A stretch of DNA of 60,478 nt, counting the filler, from Catajapyx aquilonaris (taxonomy: Eukaryota): assembly GCA_000934665.2 (NCBI GenBank). It is 2 parts of 2 records of this genome, joined end to end, with 100 filler letters (N's around TTAATTAATTAA, not from the genome) between each part and the next. Parts side by side here need not be neighbours in the genome. Positions count along the whole stretch, not along the records: positions 1 to 30,163 come from JYFJ02004675.1; 1 more part is not named here. One strand, given 5' to 3'. The position numbers and the translations under genes are program-made. A model generated the notes under the pieces. It had not been told where the DNA came from. It was given only the letters and a program-made list of their open reading frames with translations, and searched no databases. Below, piece after piece: positions 1 through 12,280 of the stretch (position 1 is its first letter; each line of letters starts with the position of its first letter).

Positions 1-1670
1 AAATTGGCTCCTTGGTTCCCCATCCATATGTTGTGGAGCACTTGCTGTGGTGCAGCTGCAGCTATTGCTCTTTGAGGCCTGCTGACTCCTCCTGACTCCC
101 CTCATGTCATATTTCAGGCTCTCCAAACTTTTAAGGACGTACTTTTTGAAAGCTAAAGAAATTGACAGAAACATTTTAAAATGTAGATGTAGGTTTTAAA
201 ATCTCAAGTGCCTTGAAAGTTACAAACATGACATTTTGAGAGTGTGTGTTTCAAGATGGCAGGAGATGGTGTGTTTCACTTTTTTTTTTTTTTTTTTGCA
301 TTTGTTTGGTCTGGATGGTCCATTCGAATTATTATCTGTGTCAGTTAGCGACTTTTGCACTAAGCTGCTTTACTTAAAGCAGTTACTGTGATTAATCTTA
401 AAAAATAGTTGGCATACTCCTCCTGATATGTCAGTCTCGGCTATAACAAATTCTTATAGTAAACTCAACAGGCTGGTCCCAGCATCCTTCCATATTATGG
501 CATGTGTATTTGTCTATAACAGACCTCAGTTAACTACATATAGTAGACTAGACTGATTTCCGTGGTCCCTTGAAGTCTGTTATGTTGAAAGTGCCATAGT
601 CTACTGCATAAGTTTATGATATTAGATTGCACATCCTGCAGGGGGTCTGGAATGCAAAATATTAGTTACTGTCGTCCTTGACCCCCAATGCCAATAACTG
701 TTATAATTATGGGCTATTCCCAAATGGATGTTCATTGTGCTTTAGAACCAGAAAGGTTGATTTAATCAGGCATCACATTATTACAGTACCTAATGTATTA
801 GATAGCCACTAAAATATAACAACTCCATAGGTACAACTGCTTAGAAATAACCATAAGCTTAGTGCCAAAAATCTTTATACTGACAAGTAGTACAATGCAG
901 CTGGGTGACACTGTACAGGCCTGGAAGAAAGATTATTAAGTTCTAGCCCCATGGGTTGGAACATAAATTGTGGTTCTGGGAAGTGATCAATGTCTTTTAA
1001 GTATATATAATCCTGTTATTACCTGCATCCGAGAGCTCGTCTTTACTGCCATGCTTGATTTTGCCCTCATTTAATTGGCTGTGGCTGCTGCTGCTGCTTC
1101 TGCCTTGGGGAGAATTTATATCCCTCTCCTTTTCAGAACCAGCTGAAATGGAAATATAATATATTAAAAGGTGCACAGAATTCATTTGAATTGAAACTAG
1201 ACTTCAAATTGTCAACTGAAAGGTTCTGTTAAACACAGGCAAAAAAACTGCAAATTTAAACTGCTAGCGTGATCGTTTGGGTTGGACCAATAGCTAATTT
1301 TGAACACACGTCTCTTCCACACTATATAGTCTTATATCATTGCTAACTTTACCTAAATTAAAGAAAGAGGTTAGCTGGGTGGTCGGAGGAGTCAGTAGGC
1401 CTATGGCATCGGCATGCCCATTCATTTGGTTTTCATGTGAATCCCCATCATCACTGCTTGGAAGAGAGGGACTCCTACTCTTGCGCCTTTTTGTGGTGGC
1501 AGCTGATGGCAAGTCCCTCCCACATTCTTGGCTGCTCGAGGTCACATATCGGCGCGGTTTTCGCGAATTTCTCTAAGGTCTGCGATGTTCATCTTCTGAG
1601 TCATCCGACCCCAGATTCGAGGTTTCTTCTGCTTCCTTGGCTAGCTGCCTTGCCAGCGTGTAGCTGTTCA
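1..1670 (-). pseudogene. Spliced DUF4806-like (CACTA/EnSpm accessory-ORF-like) gene relic, running off the window start
   Basis: Phase-compatible exons at ~1670-1353, 1142-1023 and ~153-1. Translation includes SYTLARQLAKEAEETSNLGSDDSEDEHRRP*RNSRKPRRY (in-frame TAG at ~1573) and AFKKYVLKSLESLKYDMRGV, resembling motifs I recall from DUF4806-type proteins. Confidence 0.4.
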
Positions 1671-1763
1671 CTGTGCAAAAAAGGGCCACCGTTACTCTTT
1701 CACAATAAATTGAAGGGAATCAAATAGCCTAACACAACTCCGCACTCATTTTCATATAACTTA

Positions 1764-2437
1764 CAAGGGAACGGTCAGGGTCGGGAACCTCCGATTGGGT
1801 TGAAACTGGTGTGAGGGGTCATTCATGTGCGATAGACACAGTGGTGAAAGTGTTAGCTCGCAACGTCCAGCCGTTTCCGAGATATGAGCGACAGTAACAT
1901 CCGAATTTTGGCCGCGCGCATTTGCCGGGAGCCGCTCTGCCAGCTCCAAATCCCTTCTACCTTGATTCCCCCCGCCCCCTTTACCCACTTTTTTCGATCC
2001 CCCCCTCCCCCACCAACATTTTCGTTTTCCATAGTTTCTTTGCTCCGGTATTTATTATGAGACCATCAAGCTGCTTTCTTTCGCTTCTGTCAACTGCGAA
2101 TAAAGAGCTTCTATACCTAAAATTGGGTAATGGGGAAAACTCATAATAAATACCGGAGCAAAGAAACTATGGAAAACAGAAATGTTGGTGGGGGAGTGGG
2201 GGATGGTGGTGTGGGATCGAAAAAAGTGGGGGGAATCAAGGTAGAAGGGATTTGGAGCTGGCAGAGCGGCTCCCGGCAAATGCGCGCGGCCAAAATTCGG
2301 ATGTTTCTGTCGCTCATATCTCGGAAACGGCTGGACGTTGCGAGCTAACACTTTCACCACTGTGTCTATCGCACATGAATGACCCCTCACGCCAGTTTCA
2401 ACCAAATCGGAGGTTCCCGACCCTGACCGTTCCCTTG
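1764..2437. mobile_element. Foldback MITE with ~300-bp arms, PIF/Harbinger-like
   Basis: Arms 1764-~2061 and ~2140-2437 are near-perfect reverse complements (CAAGGGAACGGTCAGGG...CCCTGACCGTTCCCTTG). TTA flanks both ends (1761-1763, 2438-2440). Confidence 0.85.
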
Positions 2438-2462
2438 TTAGTGCACAAAAAATACTATGGGT

Positions 2463-2540
2463 AAGGGGTCGTCCATAAACCACGTGACCGATTTTCGGGC
2501 ACTTTTTGACCCCCCCCCCTCCCCCCAAAACGCTCACGTG
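2463..2540. mobile_element. Truncated MITE terminus
   Basis: TAAGGGGTCGTCCATAAACCACGTG...poly-C resembles common arthropod Harbinger-type MITE ends. It sits exactly where homology between the two ZNF 3' flanks stops (2541 vs 15021). Confidence 0.4.
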
Positions 2541-2661
2541 GCATACAGTGGCAGTAGTGAAACGTAATTTCTCATACCCTGAAATGGTGTGTAACAACTC
2601 AAAAACTCGACAAAATTTTCTTCCAGGGAATGTCCCCTGATACCTTAGGATTGAGTGAGGT

Positions 2662-3460
2662 TCACGTTGCGGCATCATGGAAACGTCGCACATGCTTATT
2701 CATGGCAGAATTATGCGCGAACTTACAATTGCAAAATTGGCAAGAATATGGCTTTTCTCCTGTATGTTTGCGCATATTATGCGTATTCAAATCAGATTTT
2801 CTTCTAAAGCATTTGAGGCACACATGACAACTGAATGGTTTTTCACCTGTGTGGACCATGCTGTGCCTTTTCATATCAGAAGGACAGCCAAATGCCATTC
2901 CACACACTTCACACTGGTAAGGTTTTAACACATGGTGAACAGCTTTCATGTGAATAGATTGAGATAGTTTAGAAGTGAAGCTGGCACCACACAATTTGCA
3001 GGAAAATTTTGATTGACTCCCTCCTGGACGGACCTTACCATGTGCTGAATGGGTCAGCTGATGAGAAACAAACTCTTTCTTTTCATTGGTAGCATATGCA
3101 CAGACTTTGCAACAGAACGATGCGGATTTTTTGGCCCCTTTCCCTCCCTTTTCTTTCCTTGTGCGTCTTGAAAGGATCCTCTCAGTCTCATTTGTCTGGA
3201 GGAGCTCTGGAGATGCACTTCCATCAGATGACTCCCCTTGTGCCACAAAGCTGTTCTGTTGTCCCGACTGAGAAACCTCCATAACCTTCTCTTCCTGTTC
3301 AACTTTCACTTCATGAGACTTGACACATTCTTACAGAGCAGATGGAATGTTGAAAGTCTTGTTGCAGATGCCACATTGAAAAGGGTCCCTGGATGGCAGC
3401 TGATTCTTCGGATATATCAATGGATATAAATTAGCTACTGCCAAAACACCCTTTATCTCC
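2662..3460 (-). pseudogene. C2H2 zinc-finger gene copy 1, terminal exon, with premature stop
   Basis: Five C2H2 fingers, the last three joined by HTGEKP linkers (ORF 2662-3309). The upstream in-frame segment ...FQCGICNKTFNIPSAL ends in TAA (3331-3333) where paralog 2 has GAA. Likely acceptor near 3461. Confidence 0.75.
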
Positions 3461-3591
3461 CTAAACCAGCATGCAAAATTAAGTTGCGAAACATAAGAAA
3501 GTAACAAATCAACATGAGTAGAGACCATCTTGAGTAGAGACAATGGGCTAAGCTCTGTCCTCCTCATGTAGGCCAGAGTGGGATGGGATTA

Positions 3592-4430
3592 CACTATGCA
3601 ACACGATATTTGGCCATGGAAATTCATCATCATATTTGTGTTGCTTAGGTCACTAGTAACTCATAATGTGCATTCATCTTGTCTTTAATTTGTTTTTGAC
3701 CTCGGGGCAGTCAAAATACCAATGTCCTCAAATATAGCAGTTTTTTCCCAATCAAGTGGGCCTAAATGTTGCTAGACCATCTCGGATTTTTCTAAAAATA
3801 ATCACAGCTGTACACACCTATGCCGTAACACTGCATATCAAGTTTCAGTCAAATAGCGAAATACCGTGCGTAGGGAAAAATTGCGAAATTTTGAAAATGG
3901 GGCGTTGTTTGGGTATTTTTTTCCGGTTATTGGGAGTGGTCAAAACTCAATCAACATAAAAGAAAAATAAACATAAAATAAAACATAAGAGAAAAACAAA
4001 TTCCATAGGTACATTCTACTCGTGTTTCTCTTTCATGTGATGTATATGTTGATTGGGTTTTGACCACTTCCAATAACCGAAAAAAAATTATCCAAAAAAA
4101 GGCCCCATTTTCTAAATTTCGCGATTCTTTCCCTCCCCACAGTATTTGGCAATTTGGCTGAAACTTGATATGCAGTGTTACGGCATAGGTGTGTACAGTA
4201 CAGCTGGGATTATTTTCAGAAATATCCGAAATGGTTTAGCAACATTTAGGCTTGCTTGATTGGGAAAAAAAACTGCTATATTTGAGAATTTTCGTTTTTT
4301 GACTGCCACGTGATCAAAAACAAATCAAAGACAAAATGAATGACCATTATGAGTTACTTGTGACCTAAGGAACACGAACATGACGATGAATTTCCATGGA
4401 CAAAAAAAAGTCAAAAATTGTTGCATAGTG
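3592..4430. mobile_element. Foldback MITE with ~400-bp diverged arms, TA-flanked (Tc1/mariner-like)
   Basis: TA-CACTATGCAACA...TGTTGCATAGTG-TA. Arms align along most of their length (e.g. GTAACACTGCATATCAAGTTTCAG vs CTGAAACTTGATATGCAGTGTTAC). Confidence 0.85.
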
Positions 4431-5019
4431 TAATTAACACTTACAAGACAGGCACGACATATATGTCACGGTGACCTTGAAAAATCATGCTCGCGAAACT
4501 ATAGCGTTTTCCCACTTTGTAATGACATGGTTTCTCTATGGCTTTTTAATTATCTCACACTAGGAAAACCCTCGCTCCGCTCGCCTTTTTCCTAGGGTGC
4601 AGGCCTAGAAAACCACTCGTTTATTCGCTCGCTGTTTTCTAGTCCTGCGGTGTAGGCCATGTTCTTAATGATGCTCACCCAACAAAATTATCCTCATCAT
4701 ACTCCCCTCCCCTCTTCCTCCCCCCTTCTCCGCCCTCCTTATATTAAACCTTTGACGGCTAAGTACATCATAATTATTATGATGTCCTGATGGGTTTTGA
4801 ATTTGGCGCACGAGGGTGTGCGTAGAGAAGGCGAACTCTGCGGTGCCAAACCCGGTTCAATATGCTCCTGCCATCTCTTGGATGGTGACTCAACCACCAT
4901 AGCAATTCAAGATTTCCCCCCTCCCCTCCCCCCTCCCCCTGTTCCCGCCAAGTTGAGTCGTATATGCCAAGGTCACGTTGCTCCCACGTGATCGTTTATG
5001 TAAACATGTTCCCTCAGTA

Positions 5020-5556
5020 CAGGGTGCCCGTAAAGCATGGACTCTTGGGAGGGTTTTTTAAAAAAGTTACCCCGTGAGCCGTGATAAGGCGGAGCCTTTT
5101 TATAGGGGGGTGGAATACCACCATTTCACTCCCTTTTTCTACATTTTAGCTTCAATATCCGGTGCAAGGAGTCAAGGATGTAGGGTAGGGGTAGGTATTT
5201 TTGGGGAGGGAACATAGGTGCAAGTGCAATGTCAGTAAATGGGTCGTGTGGTGTTCCCCAGGAGGTTAGGTTGCCAGACACCTCCTTGGTGCAGGTCAGA
5301 GACCCTCCTGACGCAGGTGAAAGGAAAGTTCCCCAGGCGGGGATCGAACCTGGGGCCTTTCACTCAGCAAGCCGAGACGTTACCATCTCGGCCATCTACA
5401 CCTCCCCGACCCTTGGGAGTTTATCATAGTACAGTGTTGTGGTAATATTATGTAACCATAAGAACAATGTATCATAGTCACTGAGTAAACGTGTTAGGCC
5501 TATCGACTTTCTGAGAGCCGGACGATTCTAAAAAGTTTATTTTGCGGGACACCCTG
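5020..5556. mobile_element. Tc1/mariner-type MITE
   Basis: TA-CAGGGTGCCCGTAAA ... TTTGCGGGACACCCTG-TA terminal inverted repeats. Confidence 0.6.
5225..5402 (-). mobile_element. tRNA-derived SINE nested in the MITE
   Basis: Minus strand GGTGTAGATGGCCGAGATGG (A box) ... GGTTCGATCCC (B box), followed by a non-tRNA body. The 3' boundary is approximate. Confidence 0.6.
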
Positions 5557-7032
5557 TATATGAATTTTTCCCTAGGCATTTTACAATCAAAAGGAACACC
5601 ACGAATTTAAATGATTAATTTTGGCTCAAAGTTGTTATTCATTAATATCACTTCTACATCGAATTTTGAACAAAAAGAAGGAAAGAGACGGCCCAAAAAC
5701 CTTCCAAAACTTGTCAAAGGGTTAAGGGTGCGCATAAATTTGAAAATACAGTTCCCATCTGTGGTTCCAATGATGGCTGTGATTCAAGGTGGCGAACAGA
5801 GCATACCCAGTGTTTATACAACAATACAGCTGGGCGACCCTACAATCTGTACACATAGGTACACTGTACTCCCGATTATTATCCAAGGTAATGACTGCAC
5901 GGGTGTTGCCAGATAATTGGGAAACACGGACAATCGGAAAATGGTCCTGGAAAGGGAGCTATATTCACAGGTTGTTGAGGTACTACTGTACAAAGAGCAT
6001 GCTGCTTGGTTAATCCAAAAAATAAAGCTTACCATAGAATTTTACTTTGCCTTCTAGAGAAAGTGTGGTATATATTTTTTCGTTGGTGAGACATTGATAT
6101 TGATATTGGGTGGAATTTCCGTACCACTGCTAAGTTATCAGTATGCACTATCTAGCAGTAGGACACAAATTCGAGACATTTTTTCAGACGTAAATGTTTA
6201 TATTATGGCGATGCACGTATTCTCCACACCCTGATAATAATCGTGAGTACAGTGTAATTGGATTCTATTGTTGGTTGCCAGTTGTGCCAACTCAATAACC
6301 TTCACTGACTGTATAAACAACCTGTCCACAACTGGAAATCCAACAATATAGTACGTTCCAGGCTAATAATTCGAACGCGTGATATTTGCAACCCGCCTTC
6401 TTACGTTCGATTATACCAGATTATACGCATTCGACGGTAGTCATTTTACGACACTGCACCGAAAGAAGTACCTCGAAGACAGTGTACTGTACTACCCATC
6501 TGTGAAAGCACCGCGCATGGGTAGGCCTACGCACGCAGTTCCTAAGCAGCCCGATCAGCAATGGTAAATTTCGAACTTACGTTATTCTCCACCCGTCTCC
6601 ACCAGTGCCTACGGCCATTTTTCAATAACCACCAGTGACCCGTGGCGAAGCGGGGACAGGTAAGCTGGGTGGGGAAAGGAAAAAGGTCCCGCAGGTGACG
6701 ATGACCTAGGCGGGAGAGACAAAAAAAAGCGACCTTCACCCAAGGAGGTCAGCAGGCAACTGGATGTGTTCCACGCCCACTGCGCATGCCCGGAACGGGG
6801 GCCAATCGGAGGCGTCATGGTAACAATGCGTCATGGATACGACGCAGCAACAATGGACGGGGGCCAATGGGAAGAGGTGGCGGCAACAATACGGGGGCGG
6901 ACCAATCAGAGGGCTCGCCCCCCCCCCCCACGCAAGCATTTTAATATTACAGATAAAAATAAATCGCGACTTTTAGGCATTTTGGACTACAAAATCTTGC
7001 ATAAATAAACCAGATTAACTTGAACAACATTA

Positions 7033-7971
7033 GGGGAGACCGGGGCACAGTGGACCACTTTTGCACATTTGAATTTTTATATACCTACCTGTTATACCTA
7101 CACACCCCATATTTTTCAGGCATGGTGGAGACACTCCTTGGTAATATAAGTCACTACTATATTCACAGGCAGTGCGATCCTTTTGGCTTTAAAAAAATTT
7201 AGAAGCGACCCCCTGCAAATGGTCCACTGTACCCCGATAGCTGGGGCACAGTGGTCCGGAAGTGATTGGGACCTCTAATTCACACAAGAAGTTTATTATC
7301 ATTGCCTAACATTTTTGTTACACCTGTTCATTTTGAGGATGTGTCAACATCACAGTTTTGCCCCTTTTTTCTACCTAATTCGCATTTTTAAAATCATTGT
7401 CTCACATTTTTTTTACAGCTGTTCATTTGGAGGGTGGTTTGTCAAAATCACAGTTTTGCCCTTTTTTCTACCTAAGTCACATTTTTTTAAATAATTGTCT
7501 CACATTTTTTTTACAGCTGTTCATTTCGGGACACAGTGTGCATTTCAGGGCACAGTGGTACATGGACCACTGTGCCCCACAAACGACTGGACCACTGTGC
7601 CCCGGACAGCAGCAACTGACATAATGCTATGATTGTAACTTCGATTGCAAGTTAGGCTTGCCAAACTTCCGGTAATTCATGGGCAAAGGGCGGAACTATT
7701 CCACAAAATTTTTATATCCGGCTCATGCCCAACATCTACGCCTGAAGTGCCATTTAAACTGTGGGTTGGTAATTTACTTCCCTTAGCTTCAAATCGATTT
7801 CGCTGGATATCTATCGATCGATCGAACGCTAGCCGTTGCCAGCCATGTTGGCAGGAGCATGGCAGTGACTTGTTTCACTTGGTACCAGATGAAAAAAATT
7901 TGGCGGCTTTTTCGATTTTTAAAATGGAAAGGTCCACTGTGCCCCGTGGTCCACTGTGCCCCAGTCTCCCC
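7033..7971. mobile_element. Non-autonomous Tc1/mariner (pogo-like) DNA transposon
   Basis: TA-GGGGAGACCGGGGCACAGTGGACCA ... TGGTCCACTGTGCCCCAGTCTCCCC-TA. Several internal copies of the GGNCCACTGTGCCCC motif. Confidence 0.85.
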
Positions 7972-8032
7972 TATCTTTTTGCAGCCACTTAAAAAAATCC
8001 CCCCTCAATTTTTTTTTTTTGTTTGGTTGCAT

Positions 8033-8376
8033 TGTGACCGTTTGGTACGGTCGGTTCGATGGGTGCGTGGAATAGAACAACGAACAGTTAACAACAAGTA
8101 ATAGATATATTGGATGACAATAACAGTTACATTATTGGGGGTAACCCCGTACATTTTGACATTACATAGCGGTAGCTCGTCAGACCGAGCTACCTCTAGC
8201 CGTTCTCCTGTTGATATTTTATGGTCTCTTTATATACCGTTCGTTATCTCCCTAACCTTCGTAATAACGCTGTTGTACATTCCTCGTCTTGCGAAACCTG
8301 TTGACATCTTGAATCTAACAAAATGGTTATTGCAACTGCTGTTGCAATGTCAATCACTGATGTCGTAACTGTGACA
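8033..8376 (-). repeat. 3' LTR
   Basis: Direct repeat of 12621-12964 with about 5 substitutions by eye. Adjacent purine tract TAAGATAGGGAGAA on the minus strand (8377-8390). Confidence 0.95.
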
Positions 8377-9265
8377 TTCTCCCTATCTTAAATCAGGCAT
8401 CACCTCGTGATGTCTGGATCCTCAATCTACATAGTGAACTGCACATAACATCCTTTTAAATTACATGTCGCCAGGAAGTACAAAATTTATATCCTAAAGC
8501 AATTAACACGGAATGATTTATGACAACTTGGTTTCAAGGAAAGTGTGGGTAGTTTTTTTTTTTTCTTCAGTTGGAGACTCCATCTTTGGCAGTGTGGCTG
8601 GAGTATGGTCTGGTTCAGTGTCCCGTTCCGCTGCGAGTGTCCGTATTGTCTGCCCGCTCTTCGCATTTGCCTGGCTGACGCCTGCTTCTTTTCTGCTGTG
8701 GCCATCAACCTGCATCAACTGACCGGTGGGTGGCATGTGGGTTGTGGCAACTGCCACGACGTGGATGTTGTCATCTGCCAGAGTCCTCTTGCATCGTGTG
8801 ATGTTCCAGTTTGTCCATCTTGCCTTATCTGTCGGTCTCACTCTCGACTGGTTTAGGGATTACTTCGAGGGGTGTAGGATTAACTTAGGACCTGTTGTCA
8901 CCCATAAGACTGTTTGTTGAGTTTCTACCTTACCACAATCACTTCTTCCTGATTACATTTGAAAATATCACTTTAAATCAGTATATCTCTCGTACTAAGT
9001 TATTTCGCATAAAGGTTCTATTACTCAACTTTGCATCTCATTAAAAAGTAATAATAATAATACTCATATACATAGCTTCATATATCGCTCCCCCCTTCAT
9101 ATAAAACACACACCCCCAAAACATAACAGCGCAACCCAAAAGTATCCCCCCCAAAAAATGTACCCTTCCTATTGTTTATCCATACGCATATCTCCGTCCA
9201 CTGTACAAGTTTATGCATGGGGGCCCTCCATAGCATAAGCAATGCACCCGCTTCTCATAAAACCC

Positions 9266-9730
9266 CTATTCTATTACCCGGGGTGCCTCATTGACGATCA
9301 CCTCCGGATGCTCCCGTGAATCCCCTTGCGCTGCAATTCGCGCCAAACGTTCTGACCTAAGTCTATACAATCTATATCCTATAAACAACAAAACCAGCAG
9401 CGTCAACCCTAACGCAGTTGCTGCTGACACATGTGGACTCCACTTCTCCACCCATGTTCCTGTATCGCTTGTGAAGGAGTGATCAGGTCCCTCACCTAGC
9501 TTATCGCTTAACCTTACGACGTCATCTACATTTATCTGCTCCGCCCCCTTCATTGCACGACGTAATTAGTGTGCGAAGCCTATCATCCAGGGCATCAAAC
9601 TCATCCTGCGATTTATCCCCAAGTTTGCTATCATGCAACACTTTCCTTAGCGCCACTTCCTCTAATTCACTCAAAATACTATTAATGTGGGGTAAAACAA
9701 TGTGCTCTGAAGCACCCTTACTTATGTGGC
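9266..9730 (-). pseudogene. env-like C-terminal remnant with transmembrane helix
   Basis: Frameshifted segments ...SELEEVALRKVL...DALDDRLRTLITSCNEG / GAEQINVDD...WSPHVSAATALGLTLLVLLFIGYRLYRLR (TM plus basic stop-transfer), lying 3' of the protease remnant. Confidence 0.55.
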
Positions 9731-12280
9731 TGATCCCCCTAATTCCATTCGATATTCTAATCTTTTCTCCCCAGGCAGCTTTTCCCAATAAGTCCGGTCC
9801 AGTATACTTATTTTTGCTCCGGTATCCACAAGTATTCCACACCTTGCAATTTTATTTTGATTATTGGCATGTGATTGCGTGTCTTTTCTGTAAACATTGT
9901 TCCGACATCATGGCCGCCGTTTGTTTGTTGTGTCATCTGATGCGGTTGCTGCCCTTCCTGCATGTGCGTCACCGAGACTGATCGCTCCTGTCCTCCCGGT
10001 CGGCCTTGGCCTTGCGCTTGTATGCTATTTCCATTGCAATGTGCTGACTGCGGCACATACTCGATCTCGCGCCCAGTATGTTGTCCTTGGTTAGTTGTTC
10101 TAAAGGGCATCGGCTCTGCATTCACATACATGTGTTGTCTTGTCGTTCCGTACATAAATTGTGGAAATGTGTTCATCCCATATCCGGGTTGCTGTGCTGG
10201 GTGTGGTTGCTGAAGGTATCCTCCTGGATAGACTGCTTGTGCCTGCATTGGTGCCTGCCCTTCTTGTCCAGTGAAGTACTGATTCGCCGTTGCTTGCTGC
10301 GTGTTCCCTCCTTGCCATTGTTGCTTGTAGCTCTTGTTCTGCGGGCCTGCTCCGTATCTTTTGTTATGTCCCCGCTGTGCTCCTCTTTTTGCTTGTCCTG
10401 GCCTTGCAGCATATTGTCCTTCTTGATTAGTCCATTGATTCGGCTTTTCCCATCCTTGGGCATTTTCTGCCTTTCTTTTCTCGCAATGGATTTGTATGTG
10501 CCCTTCCATATGGCAGTAATAACATTTTATTGCTCCCATTTGGTCTCTTCTTCCTTTTCTTTCTCTTTGTTGGCTGAATGTTGGCTTTTTTTCGTGCCCA
10601 TTTTTTGCTTCGTTGTTTGCGCCTTCTAGTACCGCGATCCTCTTTATCAACTCTCCTATTTCTGTTACTTCTTGCGTTTTTTCTTCTGCTGTAACCATGT
10701 TGATACGTCTGCTTCTTTTGCCTTCTGTCACGTGTGACTTTTGGACTGGCCTGTCTCACGGACTCGGCTTGTAAAATGGAATTGCTTAGTCGCTAGGATT
10801 TTTTTCTTGAAGAGTTTTTCTGGCCCTGCGTGGCCAGTATGTGGCGTCTCCTCAGCGGAGCTGGTATGCTCTGTGTACGCTGGGTGACTTGCTATTTTTG
10901 CCCCCCCTTTGGGTTGTACGAGTGACAGGTACTTGTACGTAATTTTGGGGAGTTACTGTGGTACGGGTGGGTTGCCGTTACTTGTCAGTGGTTTGAAGGT
11001 TCGGAGGCCGTGGTAAAATTGTACACGGTCGTTTCCTTTGCCTTCCCTCCCTTCCCCTTTTTATTGGGGATGTGTCGCACTGTTTGACACTGTAGGCTGT
11101 AGATGCCTGTGTTCAACGACAGTGGTGAAGTAGGCGGTATTTGCCTGTGTTCAACAACACTGGTGAAGTTGTACTCTGGACTTCTTGGACGCCAACTGGA
11201 GTTGTCGTCTCACCGGAGTGATTGCTCGACTCAGGAATTCCAGACCTGGATCTTCTATTGAACGTATGTGTGTTACGGTGCGTGTGGTTTAATTGCGCCA
11301 GTGCATACCTTTTTTTTGGGCCTGCGCTTCCTTGTTGCTCCGTGCTAGTGGGGCGTGAAGCGGGCGTGGAAAGTGAAAGTGAGTGTGGAGTGTTATTTCC
11401 ATGAGTGCCAAGTGTGTTGGTTATGACTCTGGTTGTAAACATGATTTGGATATTTTGTTCAGGATTGTTATGATTGTTAATCTGACCTTCCTAGCCGTCC
11501 ATTATCCACATCCCAATTTATTGTGAACCTTTAATTTTTGCGGACTTGGTCCTTTCTTTTCCTGAACAGTTGTTTATTTTGAGAATAAATTTTCTCTTTA
11601 AATGTGCACCTTAGTACGTCACTCTCTGCTTTGGGGTCTCTAGAATCTGACCTCGTGACACCTTCTGTATCGTATATCCCAGATTTTTCATTCATTTCTT
11701 CTGTACTAGCTGCTTCAATTGATTCATCTAGGTTGTCTTTTTTATTCCAGCTCAACATTCTGCCTATGTGTTCCGATCGTAATCCTCTCTTAAATTGTGT
11801 TGTGAGCTGTGCCTTGAGTGTCTTGTCCATCTCTCCTGTGACAGTGCCTTCGTTACTTGCTTCTCTTATTTCTTTTCCTATTTTTCTGATTCTTGTTCCG
11901 AAACTGGCTACGTTTTCATCCTGTCCTTGCTTCAACTCATTCAGTTTTGCCATAAGTGAAGTTAATTGACCTTTTGGTACAAAGCGCTCCTTCAACCCTG
12001 CTTTCAACTTATCCCAGTCGGTAGTCACTGCTAACTCTCCTTCATACTGAATAAATTCGTATGCCTCTCCGTCTAAACGAACCCTACAAAAATTGGCTTT
12101 TTGTTCCTTTGTCCAGCCCGAGATGCTGGCTGCTTGTTCCAATTTGCTTATAAACCTCGTGACGTTCTCATCACTCCTCCCATAAAACATTGGTACAGAC
12201 TGCAGTAATCCCGTCTGTATCTGTGTGACGGCGACGACATCCGTCGGTGCGAGTATCATGTCTACCTTCTTGTCTTCCAT
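9730..12280 (-). pseudogene. Disrupted gag (capsid-like domain, CCHC knuckle) plus N-terminal half of aspartic protease
   Basis: ORF 12280-11531 has a retrotransposon capsid signature (VPMFYGRSDENVTRFISKLE...WDKLKAGLKERF). ORF 10731-9808 has CYYCHMEGHIQIHC. A shifted frame reads ILVDTGAKISIL (DTG at 9826-9818). Confidence 0.85.

Noticed and set aside
1761..2693. Repeated ORFs containing ELAERLPANARGQNSD / LPGAALPAPNPFYLDSP
   Set aside because: They are by-products of the inverted arms of a foldback MITE.
3331..3333. Programmed stop-codon readthrough in ZNF copy 1
   Set aside because: TAA-G is a poor readthrough context and the paralog has GAA. A simple nonsense mutation or base-call error is more parsimonious.
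5328..5402. Functional tRNA gene
   Set aside because: A and B boxes are present, but the acceptor and anticodon stems do not pair properly and the sequence continues into a SINE-like body inside a MITE.
5611..6035. Overlapping short ORFs as a gene or transposase fragment
   Set aside because: No recognisable motif or consistent splice structure.
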